A stretch of 64,000 bases of DNA from Felis catus (GCF_018350175.1 NC_058383.1:14200001-14264000), one strand, 5' to 3'; shown: positions 24,590 through 37,302, counted from the stretch's first letter. Notes: generated from the sequence alone by a model not told the origin. Translations and numbers: made by a program.

Positions 24590-25092
24590 GGGTGGTTCTC
24601 AAATTTTGGCAGACTTCAGAACACCAGCATTGTCACTGTCATCGTCATCAATGTCATTGTCATCATCAAGAACACCATCTGTACCGTCTGTCACTGACGG
24701 TACGTTTCTAGTACGTTCCAAGTGTCTTCGTCGGCTTGGGCTGCTGGGAAGTGCTGGGTCTAGAGGCTGGAGGTCCGAGATCTGGGTGCCAGTTTGGTCA
24801 GGGTCTCGTGAGAGCCCTCCTCCGGGTTATGGGTTGCTGACGTTGGGTTGTGTCCCCACCTGGCAGAATGGGAGGGGCCAGCTCTCTGGCCTTTTCTTAC
24901 CAGGTCACTCATCCCATTCACGAGAGCTCCACCCTCACGACCTAATTACCCCTCAAAGGCTCCGCTTCCAGATACCATCACACTGGGGTCAGGGTTTCGA
25001 CACGAGAATTCTGGGGGACACAGACTTTCACTTCATGACACGGGGGGATGTGGAGGCTGATGGTTTGGGGACTGTACTTTGGAAAGTGTCGT
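24590..25092. mobile_element. Disrupted MER5A-like element; middle replaced by templated insertion and MLT1A
   Basis: Left end GGTGGTTCTCAAATTTTGG..CAGAACACC; probable right end GCTGATGGTTTGGGGACTGTACTTTGGA. Confidence 0.6.
24722..25040 (-). mobile_element. MLT1A-like LTR
   Basis: GAGGCTGGAGGTCCGAGATC; CCACCCTCACGACCTAATTACC; ATACCATCACACTGGGG. Confidence 0.88.
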
Positions 25093-25829
25093 TCTCACAA
25101 TCACAAACCGGTAGGTGGCCCCCGGCCGGCCCTCCAAGTGCCTTTTGAATACTTTGACTTTGGGACCGATGAGGGTCCATCTGTGTTCACCTGCCCGAGG
25201 CAGCTGGTGTTTCGACGCCTGCCCCTTTCTCTCCCTCTGACCCTGTCTTCAGGGTCTGAGGGTGCAGTAAACGCTTCATTTCTCATAGGTCTCTTCGTTG
25301 GCCAAGCAGAAGGGCATAACCTTTATCCAGTTTGGAGTCCCTCTGTCCATGTTTTTAGGGTTCCTCTCTGTCCCAGTCTCACAGACGCACGTATATCCCT
25401 GGGGTTACGGAGGTGATGGAGAAGGCCAGCAGCTGCGTTCATAAAGCTACTGGAAAACGGTCATGAACGCTGACCTTTGTGTTGAAGACCATGTGAGGAC
25501 AGAGTGCTGAGTGGCTTCTTGGCACAGGGAGGAAAGAGAAGACTCAACAGAGCTACGTAGGGGCGTCTCACCTGGGGTGTGCCCGAGGAGCAGAGATTTT
25601 CCCGGCAGAGAGGAGTGCGGGGCTCCTGTCTGAGACTGTGGCACATGCAAAGGCACGGGGGTTGGCAGCAATCCAGCCTCCCGGGGAAAGGGTTGAGGAA
25701 CAAAGGGTGGCTTGAAGCAGACGTTCTGTGGGTGGAGCATGGAGGGAGCCGAGGCAGGAGAGAGAGGTTGGTGCCGCCCCCAGGAACTGGGAGTTTGGGA
25801 TGTATCTTCAGGAATGAGGACACGCATCT

Positions 25830-26552
25830 CATGCTGTTTCTGTAACAGATGACTACAGGCTCTGTGGCTTCAAACAACACACATTCATTCTCCTGTCAGT
25901 TCTCGAGGTCAGAAATCCAACATGAGCCTTACGGGACTAAGGTCGATGTGTCGGCAGGGCTGTGTTCCTTCTGGAAGCTCCAAGGGAGACTCACATCTGC
26001 CCCTTGCCTCTGGCAGCTTCTAGAGTCTGCCGCCATTGCTCGGCCGCCGCGACGGCATTTGATTCTCAGCTTTTATGGTCACGTGGCCCCTCTGATTGCT
26101 TCTCGTGTGTCTGTCTTATGAAGAACCTTGTTTTTAGTATTTCTTTGTTTATTACTGTCATTTTGTTCATTTATTTTTAAAGCTATTTTACTGTTTCTTA
26201 ACTTTATTTTTGAGAGCTCAAGTGGGGGAGGGGCAGAGAGGGGAGGAGGCAGAGGATCTGAAGGGGGCTCTGCGCTGACAGCAGTGAGCCCAGGGTGGGG
26301 CTCGAACTCCCAAACTGAGATTATGACCTGAGCCAAAGTCAGATGCTCAACTGATTGAGCCACTCAGGCGCCCCTGTTACTGCCCTTATTTACGGCCTGG
26401 GGCTCGCCCAGACCATCCAGAATGAGATCCCGGATCAAGATCCCTAATTTAACACCTGTAATGCTCACCGTTTTTGCCAGGTAAGGTAGCATTCGTAGGT
26501 TCTGGGGATCAGGACCGGACGCCTTTTGGGGGCCATTATTCGACCCGCTGCA
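25830..26552 (-). mobile_element. MLT1C/D-like LTR interrupted by a SINE
   Basis: GGCTTCAAACAACACACATTCATT, GTCGGCAGGGCTGTGTTCCTTCTGGAAGCTC, end TTTTGGGGGCCATTATTC. Confidence 0.85.
26165..26373 (-). mobile_element. Carnivore SINE
   Basis: SINE body and head ...GCCACTCAGGCGCCCC. Confidence 0.93.
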
Positions 26553-28900
26553 GGGCAGCTGAAGAATTGGAAGTCACCTCAATAAGTTGAGAGAAATCCA
26601 ATGTGGAAGCCCAGCTCTGCTGGTCCCCAAGGGCGTGTGACACTCAAATGGTGTCATTGGGGGTGGACAGGGGACGGGGGCTTGAATGGAGAGGAAAACA
26701 AATTGGAGCGAGTTGCATGAATTTGGTAGCAGAGGCTCAGGGCGTAAGAAGCATTTAGGATGCCTCTCGGGTTTCCAGTGGTGTCATTAATCAAGAGGAG
26801 TACAAGTCCTTCTGTGCCTGGCTCACTGAAGACTCTCAGGAATCCTCCCCAGCATGCCTGCTAAGGTCCCCGGTGTGCCCTGCTTCCTGCTGGTAGACGA
26901 CACGCTGCCTGGTGCATCGGCCTTTACTTTACATTTTTTAGGATGCAAGTTTTTTGAGCACCTTGCAAGGTGGCGGCTGCATTGTAGGCTCTGATTTCTG
27001 TCTCGTCAGTTTCCTGTGTTTGTGTGTGTAGACATTCGGGTGCACATGGGCAGCAGCTGAAGCCAGGAACCGTGAGATCCGCTGGTTGCTAGGACACCTT
27101 TCTCACTTTCCATACCTTCCAGTAACGACGATGGGAGCTGAGTTGTTAACCTTGATCTCCTTGGTTATGATTTTTTTTTTTTTTAGTTTTCTCCCCTCCA
27201 GGAAGTCATGTATCTTCCAGGATGTCATGTAGTCTTTAAAATGGGTGTAAATAAACCTAATAGCTGAAAATGGCTTGGAAATCATTTGTCAAGGAGGGAT
27301 AATTCAGCTGGAAATATTAGAAAGCAATTTTCAAGGCCACTTGCCTGGGTATTTCCAGAAACGTGCTCTCCCTGGAGATAATATTTCTTGCATCCGTTTC
27401 AGTAAATATCTGTTCATTTGCTGATGGATTTTGAAACGTTCTGTCGCCTGTGTGTTCTGGCTCTTCCTTAGCCTCCTTTATCCTGCTTATTCCTCACAGC
27501 CACAGAGAGTAGTAGATTCCTTTGTGTAAAAACAAGAAATGGGATGTCGAAGGGGACTTTCCTTTTGCTTGGGAATTTCGGTTCCTGTCCCAAAGCTGAG
27601 AGCAATGAGAGAGGCTTTTCCATTGTGCAAGGATGGTGGGATTGGTCCACACCCTCAGCAGCTTCTCCTCTGTGTAGACGAGATGTGTTCGTGGAGGAGA
27701 GTTGGAGGAGAGGGGGGGTGCTTGCTTTTTCCTCAGTGGGAGTGACTCCCCCAAATAAAGCAGACTCCACAGAGATTGGGGGTGCCTTCCAGAAGAGGAG
27801 TCTGGCGTCTCCTCTGGCTGGATGCTTGCCAAATCATAGCTCTCATGATGAGAGCAGAGTTTGATGAGAACGTTCCCGGAAGCCCTGGAGTGGGGAAGAA
27901 ATTGACACGAGTCCTCAGGATGGTGCGGGGGGGGGGGGGAAACTGCGGGGACACGGGGGCCCTGAAGGCAGGAAGCCAGGAGCAGGCAGGGCGGACCCCC
28001 TGCAATGTCTCCCCTGACTCCAACGCAAGCAGGTGCAAGTCTCCTGTGGCCTCTTGGAGGCCTGGGGGTGGGGGGGTGGTGCTGGAAGGCAGGCCGGACG
28101 GGGAGGTCTGCTGTGGGGAGGCCCCGGGCACTGAGATGACCAAGGTCAGGTCCAGGGAGATTTCCAAGAGAACGGGTTGCCACATCCGGGGGCCCTGTCC
28201 TGTGGAGGTCTTCACGGCACCAGCTGGGGGAACCCCTCAGATGTGCCCTGCAGGCGAGCCGACCTTGGATCGCCTGCCAGACCTCAGCAGCAAAGTCTCT
28301 GACAGACAGGTGTTTGCTTCTCTTGCTTTATCTAATCCATTCTCCCTTCACCTTCAAGGAGTCAGGAGGTGGGGTTGGAGGAGGTAGAAGCTTGGAGGAC
28401 CAGCGGGTGGTCCCCCTGCCTGTGCAGGCCCTTGACCCGTGTTGGGGTGGGGGGGGCTGGGCGGAGGTGGGGGGGGCCAAGCTGGGAACTGGATGTGGAT
28501 GGAAGCGTTCAGGCTGCGCCTTTTAAATCTGAAAACGGAGTCGTAATTTCCTGACATGTTTTGTTCTTATAACTGAGAGTGACGGGAAGGCTGAAGAATC
28601 CGCCCGAGGTGATCACCGGGCAAGAAAGGGGGCGGGCGGAGCTTGGCTGGGGCAGTGACGGAAGAACCTCGAAGCCATTGCCTTTTCATCCCGCCGAGTT
28701 AAGCCCATTCAACACCTTTGTGAAAAAGGCTGACTGGAGCACAGCGCGGGGCATCAACCCAGGATCGGCGATTTAATATATTCGGCGAACCACATGTACT
28801 GATTGAGCGGCTTTAGGAACTATGCGTGTGTGTTTGTGTAATCACATCGCTGCGTATAATGTCCAGCATACAGTAGGCACTTAGAAATGTGTCGCCCTGA

Positions 28901-29108
28901 GGGGCGCCTGGGTGGCTCAGTCAGTTAAGCGTCTGACTTCGGCTCAGGTCACGATCTCACAGCTTGTGAGTTCGAGCCCCGCGTCGGGCTCTGTGCTGAC
29001 GGCTCGGAGCCTGGAGCCTGCTTCGGATTCTGTCTCCCTCTCTCTCTGCCCTTCCCCCATTCATGCTCTGTCTCTCTCTCTCAAAAAATAAACATTAAAA
29101 AAAAAAAA
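28901..29108 (+). mobile_element. Feline SINE
   Basis: TSD AGAAATGTGTCGCCCTG/AGAAATATGTCTCCCTG. Confidence 0.97.
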
Positions 29109-29139
29109 GAAATATGTCTCCCTGCTTCCCCACACATCT

Positions 29140-29320
29140 AATACATGTGCTTTAACCTCATTTAATCCTCACGGCCGTCTCGTGATCAGGTACCGTCAGT
29201 GCCATTCTCCAAAGAGGAAGCTGAACCCCAGAGAGGTTAAGAAACTCACCTAAGGGTATACAGCAAATGTGGAGGAGCAGGGACCTCTCCAGCACCCTGG
29301 CCTTCTGGCTCCTTGAGCCA
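29140..29320 (-). mobile_element. MIR
   Basis: CTCATTTAATCCTCAC...GAGGAAGCTGAACCCCAGAGAGGTTAAG. Confidence 0.8.
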
Positions 29321-30294
29321 TTTTCTCTTTCTCTTTCGCCCCCTCCCTTTCCTTCTTCCTCTCCCCGTCTCCTCTGTCTCAGTTTTTTTTTTTTTTTATT
29401 ACAGAATTTTCCAAACACACAAAGTAAAGAGAATAATATAATGGACCCGATACACGCTCACGCAGCTCCGGCTATTCTCAATTTATTGGCTGTGCTCCGA
29501 ACCCCACGCTCTTCTGCCTTTTTTAGCAAATTTGTTTGAGGTGGTGGATGTTTGCTGAGCGGACGGATGAAAAAAAAAAAATAGTGAGGAGTAATTGCCT
29601 TTTGACACAGAACCGAAGAGCTTAGCTTCGGTTTAAGTTGCCGTTCCCCCTCCCACATTCTCAAGTTCAGCTGCGTGGAAAAAAAAGAAAAAGAAAAAAA
29701 AAGAAAGCAATTCAAGTAATTTAAATTCTGCATGCTGACTTAGTTTTGTCCTCATCTTATCTGACCTTATTTAGTAAGACAAAAAAAAAAAAAAAAAAGA
29801 AGAGATCAGGAAGGCATTTTCCAGGGATTTCATCATGACCCTTTAAATGAATTTCCCATTTACACTTATATAATTGTTTCATATTGGATAGTCGTAATAA
29901 TATCAAGTTTCATTTCTAAAGCAAGCTGACAAAGGCTTTTAAAGACACACTCATTCAAATGTGTTAGAGAAGCTGAGAATAATAATGTGCTGCCAGTTCA
30001 TTTACTTTCAATATTTTCTGTCTAAAGGTGCCGTCCTTTTTCTTAAAAAAAAAAAACAAAAAACAAAAAACCCACAGTACAGAAAAAAAAAAACCAGTCC
30101 ACCCAGATCCCCGTCCCCAGTGCTGTCATGTCAGAGATGGCCACCCTTTCGAACCCACCCCGCATTCAGCGTCAGACGTGTCTCGGAGACCTTGTGCCCA
30201 GGAAGCTGGCTTTGCTTAAGGAGCCAGTAGCGTTTTTTGAAAGACTCTGATCTTCCGGGAGAGAATTGAAAAACCTCTGGCCCTCATTCGGGTT

Positions 30295-30895
30295 TTTCCT
30301 TTAAGTGAGATTGATCGAAGTCTAATTTTCAGGTGATAAAATTCACGTCTGTGGGTGTGCAGCTCTGTGAGTTTTGGCAAAGTGGATAGCCACGTATCTG
30401 TCAAGACCGTGAAGATCCAGAGCTGTTTGGTCACCGTAAAAGCTTCCCTCGTGGCCTCTTGTGGTGGAAGCCTAACCCCGTTCTCGGGCAGCCACTGATC
30501 TGGCCCCTGCGTCTATGGTTTTGCTTTTTCTAGAATGCCATAGAAATGAGAATCATACAGCATGTAGCCTTTGGCATCTGGCTTCTTTCGCTCAGTAGGG
30601 TGCTTCTGAGGTTCGAGCCTTGTGGCTGCATGTATGAGGAGGCGTTCCTTCCTTCTTCATGCTGAGCGGCTGTCCAATGGATAGAGGCACATTTGGGGTG
30701 TTTCCAGTGTGGGACAATCATGAATAGAGCTGCTGTTAAAGATTCATATGCAGTCTTTGTGCGAACATATGTTTTCCTTTCTTTTGGGTAGAGAGGTACG
30801 AATGGGATCGCTGGACCCCCCCGGTGACCCAACAGTTGCTCCTTGTCCTTGTCGACACTTGGTATTATCTGGTTATCTTTTTAGCCCTTCTGTTA
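30295..30895 (-). mobile_element. L1ME1/L1MB8-like 3' fragment
   Basis: GGCAGCCACTGATCTG, TTTTCTAGAATGCCATAGAAATGAGAATCATACAG, CTGGCTTCTTTCGCTCAG. Confidence 0.85.
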
Positions 30896-32271
30896 TGCGT
30901 GTCGAGTTTTCTACGTGCAAGGATAGGAATGCATTATTTAAAACCCGGCCTCAGTGATTGCTCCCGTGAGCCTCTTTCTTGAGGAAGTTGCCTGCAGGAT
31001 CCCCTGGGTACCGGTGCACTTTGCTCCACGAAGTGAGTGAGCGCTTTGGTGAGGGAATTGGCCGCGTAGCGCCTGGCGAGGCGGGCACGGCAACGGGCAT
31101 GGTGGGAAGAACGTGGTGTTGGCAGCCTGGGACCGAATTCTCTTTCTGCCACTTATCGTGCCCTCAACGTCCAGCAAATCACTCATAGCCTGCGCCTGCC
31201 TGTCCCCTTCTGTGAAATGGAGATAATCGTGGCGGCTCGCCCACCCTACCGGAGAGTGAGGAGGAACCTTGAAAATGGAAAAGTGCCATCCGCAGAAGAA
31301 AGAAGGGCATGATTATTTTTATTGCTATTGGGTTGCTGCTGGCTAAAACCCCAGGACAGAAGTAGAGCATTACTGTTATTAGCAGTGAAGGTCGAGGGGA
31401 CTGGTTTTCATCTGCTTTGTTATTTTTAACCATTTTATACACATATAATCCCATGAAAATGCCCAGAGAACTGCCGGGAGTAGAAGCAGCAGGTTCTGCC
31501 GTGATTTTTAATATAAAATTCTCTTCAGGCGAACACGACCTCTTGTAATCACTCACCTTCCTTCCCAGATACCAATCCCCTGCAATGTGATCGGAGACCT
31601 TGCTCATAAAAGGAGCTGTTTATATAGTTTGTGGATTATTCCTTCCACCCCCCCCCCCACTTTGGACCATTTGTTTTACTGCTCAATGGCATTCTCAGTT
31701 GGTTCAGACAGGAGGAATGGAATATAATGAAATGTAGGCTGGATTATTTTTTCCCCTGGTGATGGCTGTTGTTGAAAGTTTGGCTAAAATGTCATCTTTT
31801 GGGCTCTCTGGGGATCTGAATTATTCATGCTGTATATACCCCTTTTCCCTCTGGTAGCAAAGTCAGCAAACAGTTGAATGAAGGTGGACCATGGTTTCTA
31901 TCTTCTATGCCCCAGAATATCATGTTCAAAGTTTGTGTGGAGCAAAATGTATTAGGAGCTTGGTTCTCATTTGTCCATTGGAGACAACAAATACTTCTTT
32001 CTGGGAAGCAAAAAGGGGGCAGAAAAAAAGAGCCTCTGGCCAAGCATTCTCTGGTGCATCAGGTTACTGATGGTCAAGTGCAAAAAGCGACACTTCTAAA
32101 AAATTTTCTCTAATGAGATTGTGGGGGGGAGCAGGGAGGGAGAGAAGAAATGAATCCGAGGTCTCCACTGACCTCTATTTTAATTTCAGAGACTCGTTTT
32201 AGAGATGTAAACCCACAGAACAATGCCTGGCTGCGAAGCACAGCACAGAAACACTCATGTTCACTTTCAGG

Positions 32272-32441
32272 CAGTGCTGTGCTGGCAGAGGCAGTCTGAG
32301 CTGGTGTGTGGGGGGTGGGCTGGGGGCCTTGGCAAATGTTCCTGCCATGGTCAATTTCAAGCTACTGGTAATTGACAACTGGCTTGCAAAGTTTCTGAAT
32401 ATTTAACAGCCTGCTCGCAGAGCTGACTCCGGCACACCATT
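32272..32441. mobile_element. MER63-like hAT-Blackjack element
   Basis: TIR-like CAGTGCTGTGCTGG and CCGGCACACCATT; internal CCATGGTCAATTTCAAGCTAC. Confidence 0.75.
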
Positions 32442-33052
32442 CATTTCGAGAAGCATTCTCCTTTTGTCAGTGATCCACTTTCACATGCTTCATTTTCCCA
32501 CAGATCCCCTTTAGAAGACGTTTGTCAAGTGCACATCGGTGCACACAGTACTAGGTTAAAACACATTGGCAGATGTCACCTGCCTGATTCTGGTTTGACT
32601 GGAAAACACCCTCACCCCTCTGCCAGGTGCTCCAGGCCTGTGGATGCCCCAGGTACTGGGCGACTGGGAAAGGTCGGGGCTTTCTTCTGATTTGCATTTC
32701 AAAGTGAAGGCCGGAACTCCTGGAGGAAAAGTTAGTCTTCCAACCAACAGCTTGGTTATTGAGGTAGCGGTGTGCAGGGGACCAGTCTCAGACCCACCTC
32801 TGGGGGTCCGTGACCCCCTGTCTTCTGGTCCCTGGTCTCTGTAGAGGGGCTGATGCAGTCTGTAAGCGTCTGTCTCAGGAGTCAGGTCCCCAAGAAAAGC
32901 GCTGAGTGGTGTCAGTGGTGGGAGGCCCCATAAAACGAACGCAGAAATAACAGAAAGGGTTGGTGTTGGTCTCCTGCTGTCCTGGCGAATGGTTTCATCT
33001 CTAGAACCCCAGTTTCCTGCCTGGGTCAAGTAGATATAATCCCTCCATTATA

Positions 33053-33221
33053 GCAAGGGTTCTCAGACGGGGGTCCCCAGATCAGCAACAGCAGTAATGC
33101 AGATTCCTGGGGCCCTCTCCAGATCCGGAACCAGAAGCTCTGGGGGTGGGTCCAGTGATGGGCCAGTGCTTACTGAGCTCTGCAGGTGACCTCAGTGCCT
33201 GCTGGGGTGCGAGACCCACGG
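33053..33221. mobile_element. MER5A-like element
   Basis: GGGTTCTCA...AATGCAGATTCCTGGGGCCC...CTCTGGGGGTGGG. Confidence 0.75.
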
Positions 33222-33629
33222 AATCATGGGGCGGTGGATGTGAACACTTGGCCCGGAGCCTGACACAGGCTGCGTCAGCCGCGGTTCCCCTGGGGGCACT
33301 AGGAGGCAGAAAACATTTCAGGTGGTCTGCAGGTTGAGGAAGGGGACAGATAATGCTGCCAGCTCTTTGTTGGTGACTTTGTGGGAAGGCGTGGCCAGGA
33401 GGAGGAAGGAAGCAGGGTTGCTTTTGCAGGATCAGGCAATGAAGCACCTCTCTCTCAGGTGTGGGCTGCCTCATTCTATTGTTGCCCAGCTTAAAGCTCC
33501 CTTCTCTTAGTTGGGGCGCGGTGCTTTGATTCGACTCCCCGAGCCCTAGGAGAACTTGATCCTGCTGCAGAGGGGGAAACAAAGGCACGATGGACCACCC
33601 TTCCTACAGTTCAACCCATCAGCTTCCAT

Positions 33630-33830
33630 CACTCCCCGTGCTCTTACTTGCTTTGTTTTCTCCGTAACACTCATCACTCGCTGCACTCAAGTTTATCATT
33701 TGTTAGAATGTTTACTTGTCTCATGTTTCCCTTGCCTAGCAGATTATAAGTACCATAAAGGTGTGCCTTTGTGTCCTCCGTTAGCCTAGTGGCCAGCGTG
33801 CAGTAGAGGTACTCGTAAAGATCTGTGGAT
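33630..33830 (+). mobile_element. L2 3' fragment
   Basis: TTTACTTGTCTCATGTTTCCC...AGATTATAAGTACCATAAAGG. Confidence 0.6.
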
Positions 33831-33981
33831 GGCAAGGGCGAGAGGATGAGGGAGAATTGTGGGAGACAACAGCCCAGGGCACTTCACAGATGGAAGGAGA
33901 CGTGTTTTGCATCTCAGTGTGTCTGAGCTTTCTTAGATGATCTGGGAAGCACTGAAAAAGGCCATTAGAAGGCAGAGAGCA

Positions 33982-34199
33982 GGGATGCCTGGGTGGCCCA
34001 GTTGGTTAAGCATCCGACTCTTGATTTTGGCTCAGGTCACGATGATCTCACAGTTCATGCGTTCAAGCCTCGCGTCTGGGCTCTGCCCTGGCCTGTGCTG
34101 AGCCTGCTTGGGACTCTGTCTCTCCCTTTCTCGGCCCCTAACCCACTCATGCGCTCTCTCTCTTACAAAAGTAAATAAAACCCTAAAAAAAACAAAACA
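33982..34199 (+). mobile_element. Carnivore SINE (older)
   Basis: Head and tail present; TSD AGAGAGCA. Confidence 0.92.
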
Positions 34200-34513
34200 T
34201 AGAGAGCAAAACAAAACTGGAGGCATCACCCTTCCTGAGTTTGAAATAGATTACTACAAAGCCATGGGAATTAAAATAGTATGGTCCCAGCAAACAAGAC
34301 AGACCTATAGACCGATGGAGAATAGAGAGCTCTGAAATAAACCCGCACATTTGCCATCAACCGATCTCTGAGAGGGGTGTCAGGAATGCAGCATAGGGAA
34401 CGGATAGTCTCTTCAACACATGGTGCTGGGGGAACTGGATGTCCACGTGCAAAACCAAACCAAATCGGACCCTCATCTTACACCATTCTCAAAAATCAAC
34501 TCAAAACTGGGGT

Positions 34514-34736
34514 GGGGCGCCTGGGTGGCGCAGTCGGTTAAGCGTCCGACTTCAGCCAGGTCACGATCTCGCGGTCTGTGAGTTCGAGCCCCGCATCAGG
34601 CTCTGGGCTGATGGCTCGGAGCCTGGAGCCTGTTTCCGATTCTGTGTCTCCCTCTCTCTCTGCCCCTCCCCCGTTCATGCTCTGTCTCTCTCTGTCCCCA
34701 AAAAAATAAATAAACGTTGAAAAAAAAAATTAAAAA
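34514..34736 (+). mobile_element. Young feline SINE inserted at the head of an older SINE
   Basis: TSD AAAACTGGGG (34503-34512, 34737-34746). Confidence 0.97.
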
Positions 34737-34742
34737 AAAACT

Positions 34743-34889
34743 GGGGCACCTGGGTGACTTAGTCGGTTAAATGCCCGACTCTTGGTTTCAGCTCAGGTCA
34801 TGATCTCACGGTTTGTGGGTTCGAGCCCCATGTCAGGCTCAGCGCTGACAGTGAGGATTCTCTCTCTCTTTCTCTCTTTCTGCCCCTCC

Positions 34890-34925
<36 letters not shown>

Positions 34926-34948
34926 ATAAATAAATTAATTAAAAAAAC
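34743..34948 (+). mobile_element. Older carnivore SINE within L1
   Basis: Head GGGGCACCTGGGTGACTTAG, (CT)n and A-tail. Confidence 0.93.
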
Positions 34949-36749
34949 CCAGCTCATAACAGATTAAAGACTTGAACGTAAGGCCTGAAAAGGTGAAACT
35001 CCTAGAATAAAATCTTTTAAAAAAGCTTCTTGACCTTGGCAGTGATTTCTTGGATATGACACCAAAAGCACAAACAACAAAAGCAAAAACAGACAAATGG
35101 GACTGTGTCAAACTTAAAAGCATCTATGCAGCAAAGGAAGCAATCAGCAGAATGAAAAAGCAGCCTACACAATGGGAGAATATGTTTGCAAGCCATATAT
35201 CAGACAAGAGTTTACTAGTCAACATATATCGGGAACTCATACAACTCAATAGCATAAACCCCCAAATGATCCAATTAAAATACTGGCAAAGACTTGCATA
35301 GGCCTTTCTCCAAAGAGGACCTACAGATGGGCAACAGATACATGAAACGTTGCTCCACCTCACTAAGCACCAGGGAAATGCACTTCAAATGAACTACCAC
35401 CACATGCATGTTAGGATGCCTGTTATTAAAAAAACAAAACAAAACCCCGAACTAAAAAACCCAAACAAACCCAAACAAACCCGAAAAGCTAAGCGTTGGT
35501 GAAGATGGAGAGGAACTGGAACCCTTATACATTGTTGCTGGCAATGTCCAAAGGTGCCTCTGCTATGGAAAACAGTATGGAGTTTCCTCACAAAATTCAA
35601 GATAGAATGGAAAGAATAGACTAGAATTACCATATGATCTAGCAGTCGACTTCTGGGTATGTGTCCGAAAGAACTGAAATGTGGATGTCAAAGAGATGTT
35701 TGAACTTCTCTGTTCTTCGTAGCCTTATTCACAATAGCCAAGAGGTGGAAACACCCGAAATATCCATCAACAAATGAATAGGTAAAGAAAATCTGCTATA
35801 TACATACAATGGAATGTCAGCGTGAATGAAGGACATCCTGCCATATGGAAGAACCCGGAGGACATTATGCTAAGTGAAATAAGCCCTTCGTGGAAAGACA
35901 AATACTGCGTGATTCCATTTATATGAAATATCTAAAATAACCCAACTCGTAGGACCAGAGAGGGGAATGGGGTTTGCCAAGGGATCGGGGAGAGGGGAGC
36001 TTGATTTTCCATGGGTATAAACTTTCAAACAGGCAAGATGAATGAGTTATGGACATCTGCTGTACAACGTAGTGCCTATAGTTAACAATACTGTACTGCG
36101 TGCTTAAAAAATTTAAGAGAGTAGATCTCATGTTAAACGTACTTAAACACCAGTACCACACGCCCCCCCCCCCCCGCAGAAAAACCCCAAAATCAAAGGA
36201 GCCCAGGGAGACTTTGGGAGGCGATGGATATGTTTATTATCTGGGTTGTGCTGATGGCTTCAGGGATGTATGCATGGGTCCAGACTCCCAAATGGTTTAC
36301 ATTAAATATGTGTGTGGGGAGGTTGTATATTAGTTACATTTCTGTGGAGCTGTAAAGAAAGAAGGGAAGGAAGAAAGAAAGTAGTCCCGGGGGAGGGGAG
36401 ACATTGCTCCTTTTAGGAATACCGACCAGTACGGTGTCTCTTCCCAGGGTCACCGCCTGTGGTCCTGTTTTCATTTATTTGCATGTTGCTTTCCTGCCCT
36501 GCGTGGTCACCCCTGAAGGAAAACATGTCAATTACACAAAGGGGGAAAGAAACTTGAAATCCATTGTTCTTTTTAGTGTGAAAAATTAATTTGAGAGTAA
36601 AGCTGGTATTTGGAGCCTGAGATAATTGGGCACGCTTTTTTGAAATTCTGTCTGATGGGACTTAAGGGAAGGTCAAGTTAGGTAATTCGTTTCACCTTTG
36701 AGGTGTGCCCAGGGGAGGGAGGGAGGAGGGATCCAACAATAAGTTATGG

Positions 36750-37064
36750 TAGTAGCATAATATATAATAATAAATCAAATAAAATCATTGAGTGTATAAC
36801 AAGTAATAATTACATATAATTTATAATGACTATGTATATACTTATATTACTATTATGTATTATATAGTATTGTGTATTATATTGTATAACAACTAATATG
36901 CATATTGTGTAGAATATGTAATATTCATTTATAAATACGTTATTAAAATTTATAAAATATGCTACATATACATAATGATATCATTACTTAATAAACTTGA
37001 TTATTATAATTATTATTACTTGTGTATATATATGTGTATATATGTATATATACACACACATATG

Positions 37065-37103
<39 letters not shown>
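36750..37103. repeat. AT-rich low-complexity tract ending in (TA)n
   Basis: Mostly A/T with TAT/ATA runs; pure (TA)n at about 37070-37102. Confidence 0.9.
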
Positions 37104-37106
<3 letters not shown>

Positions 37107-37265
37107 AAAGAGGAAGATTTATTATAAGAATTGGCTTGAGACCCAGGAAAGCCAGTGGTATATTTCAGTCTGAGTCTGAAGGCCTGGGAACCACGGGAGC
37201 CGATGACATTTTCCCCTTCCGAGGGTAGGAGGCGATGAGGTGAGCTGTCCTAGCTCAACAGTGAG
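37104..37265 (-). mobile_element. MLT2-like ERVL LTR fragment
   Basis: GATTTATTATAAGAATTGGCT, AGACCCAGGAAAGCC, TTCAGTCTGAGTCTGAAGGCCTG. Confidence 0.8.
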
Positions 37266-37302
37266 AGGGGTTAAGTGACTTGTCCCAGGTCACCTGCACC
37301 CT

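Larger units (their letters stand above)
34200..36360 (+). mobile_element. 5'-truncated old L1 (L1MA10/L1MB1-like): ORF2 C-terminal remnant and 3' UTR
   Basis: NKTGGITLPEFEIDYYKA and MTPKAQTTKAKTDKWDCVKLKS...QPTQWENMFASHISDK are L1 ORF2p motifs, with stops and frameshifts. Confidence 0.93.

Noticed and set aside
27494..28387. 229, 203 and 160 aa ORFs on both strands
   Set aside because: Overlapping and Pro/Gly-rich from G-runs; no recognisable homology or exon structure
29611..29633. Hairpin AACCGAAG-AGCTTAG-CTTCGGTT
   Set aside because: An 8-bp stem is too short for a pre-miRNA and can occur by chance
31551..31616. Minus-strand donor AAG|GTGAGT with peptide MSKVSDHIAGDWYLGRK
   Set aside because: Weak acceptor and unrecognised peptide; isolated donors are common
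35050..35301. ORF with clear protein homology
   Set aside because: Decayed L1 ORF2p fragment, not a host gene
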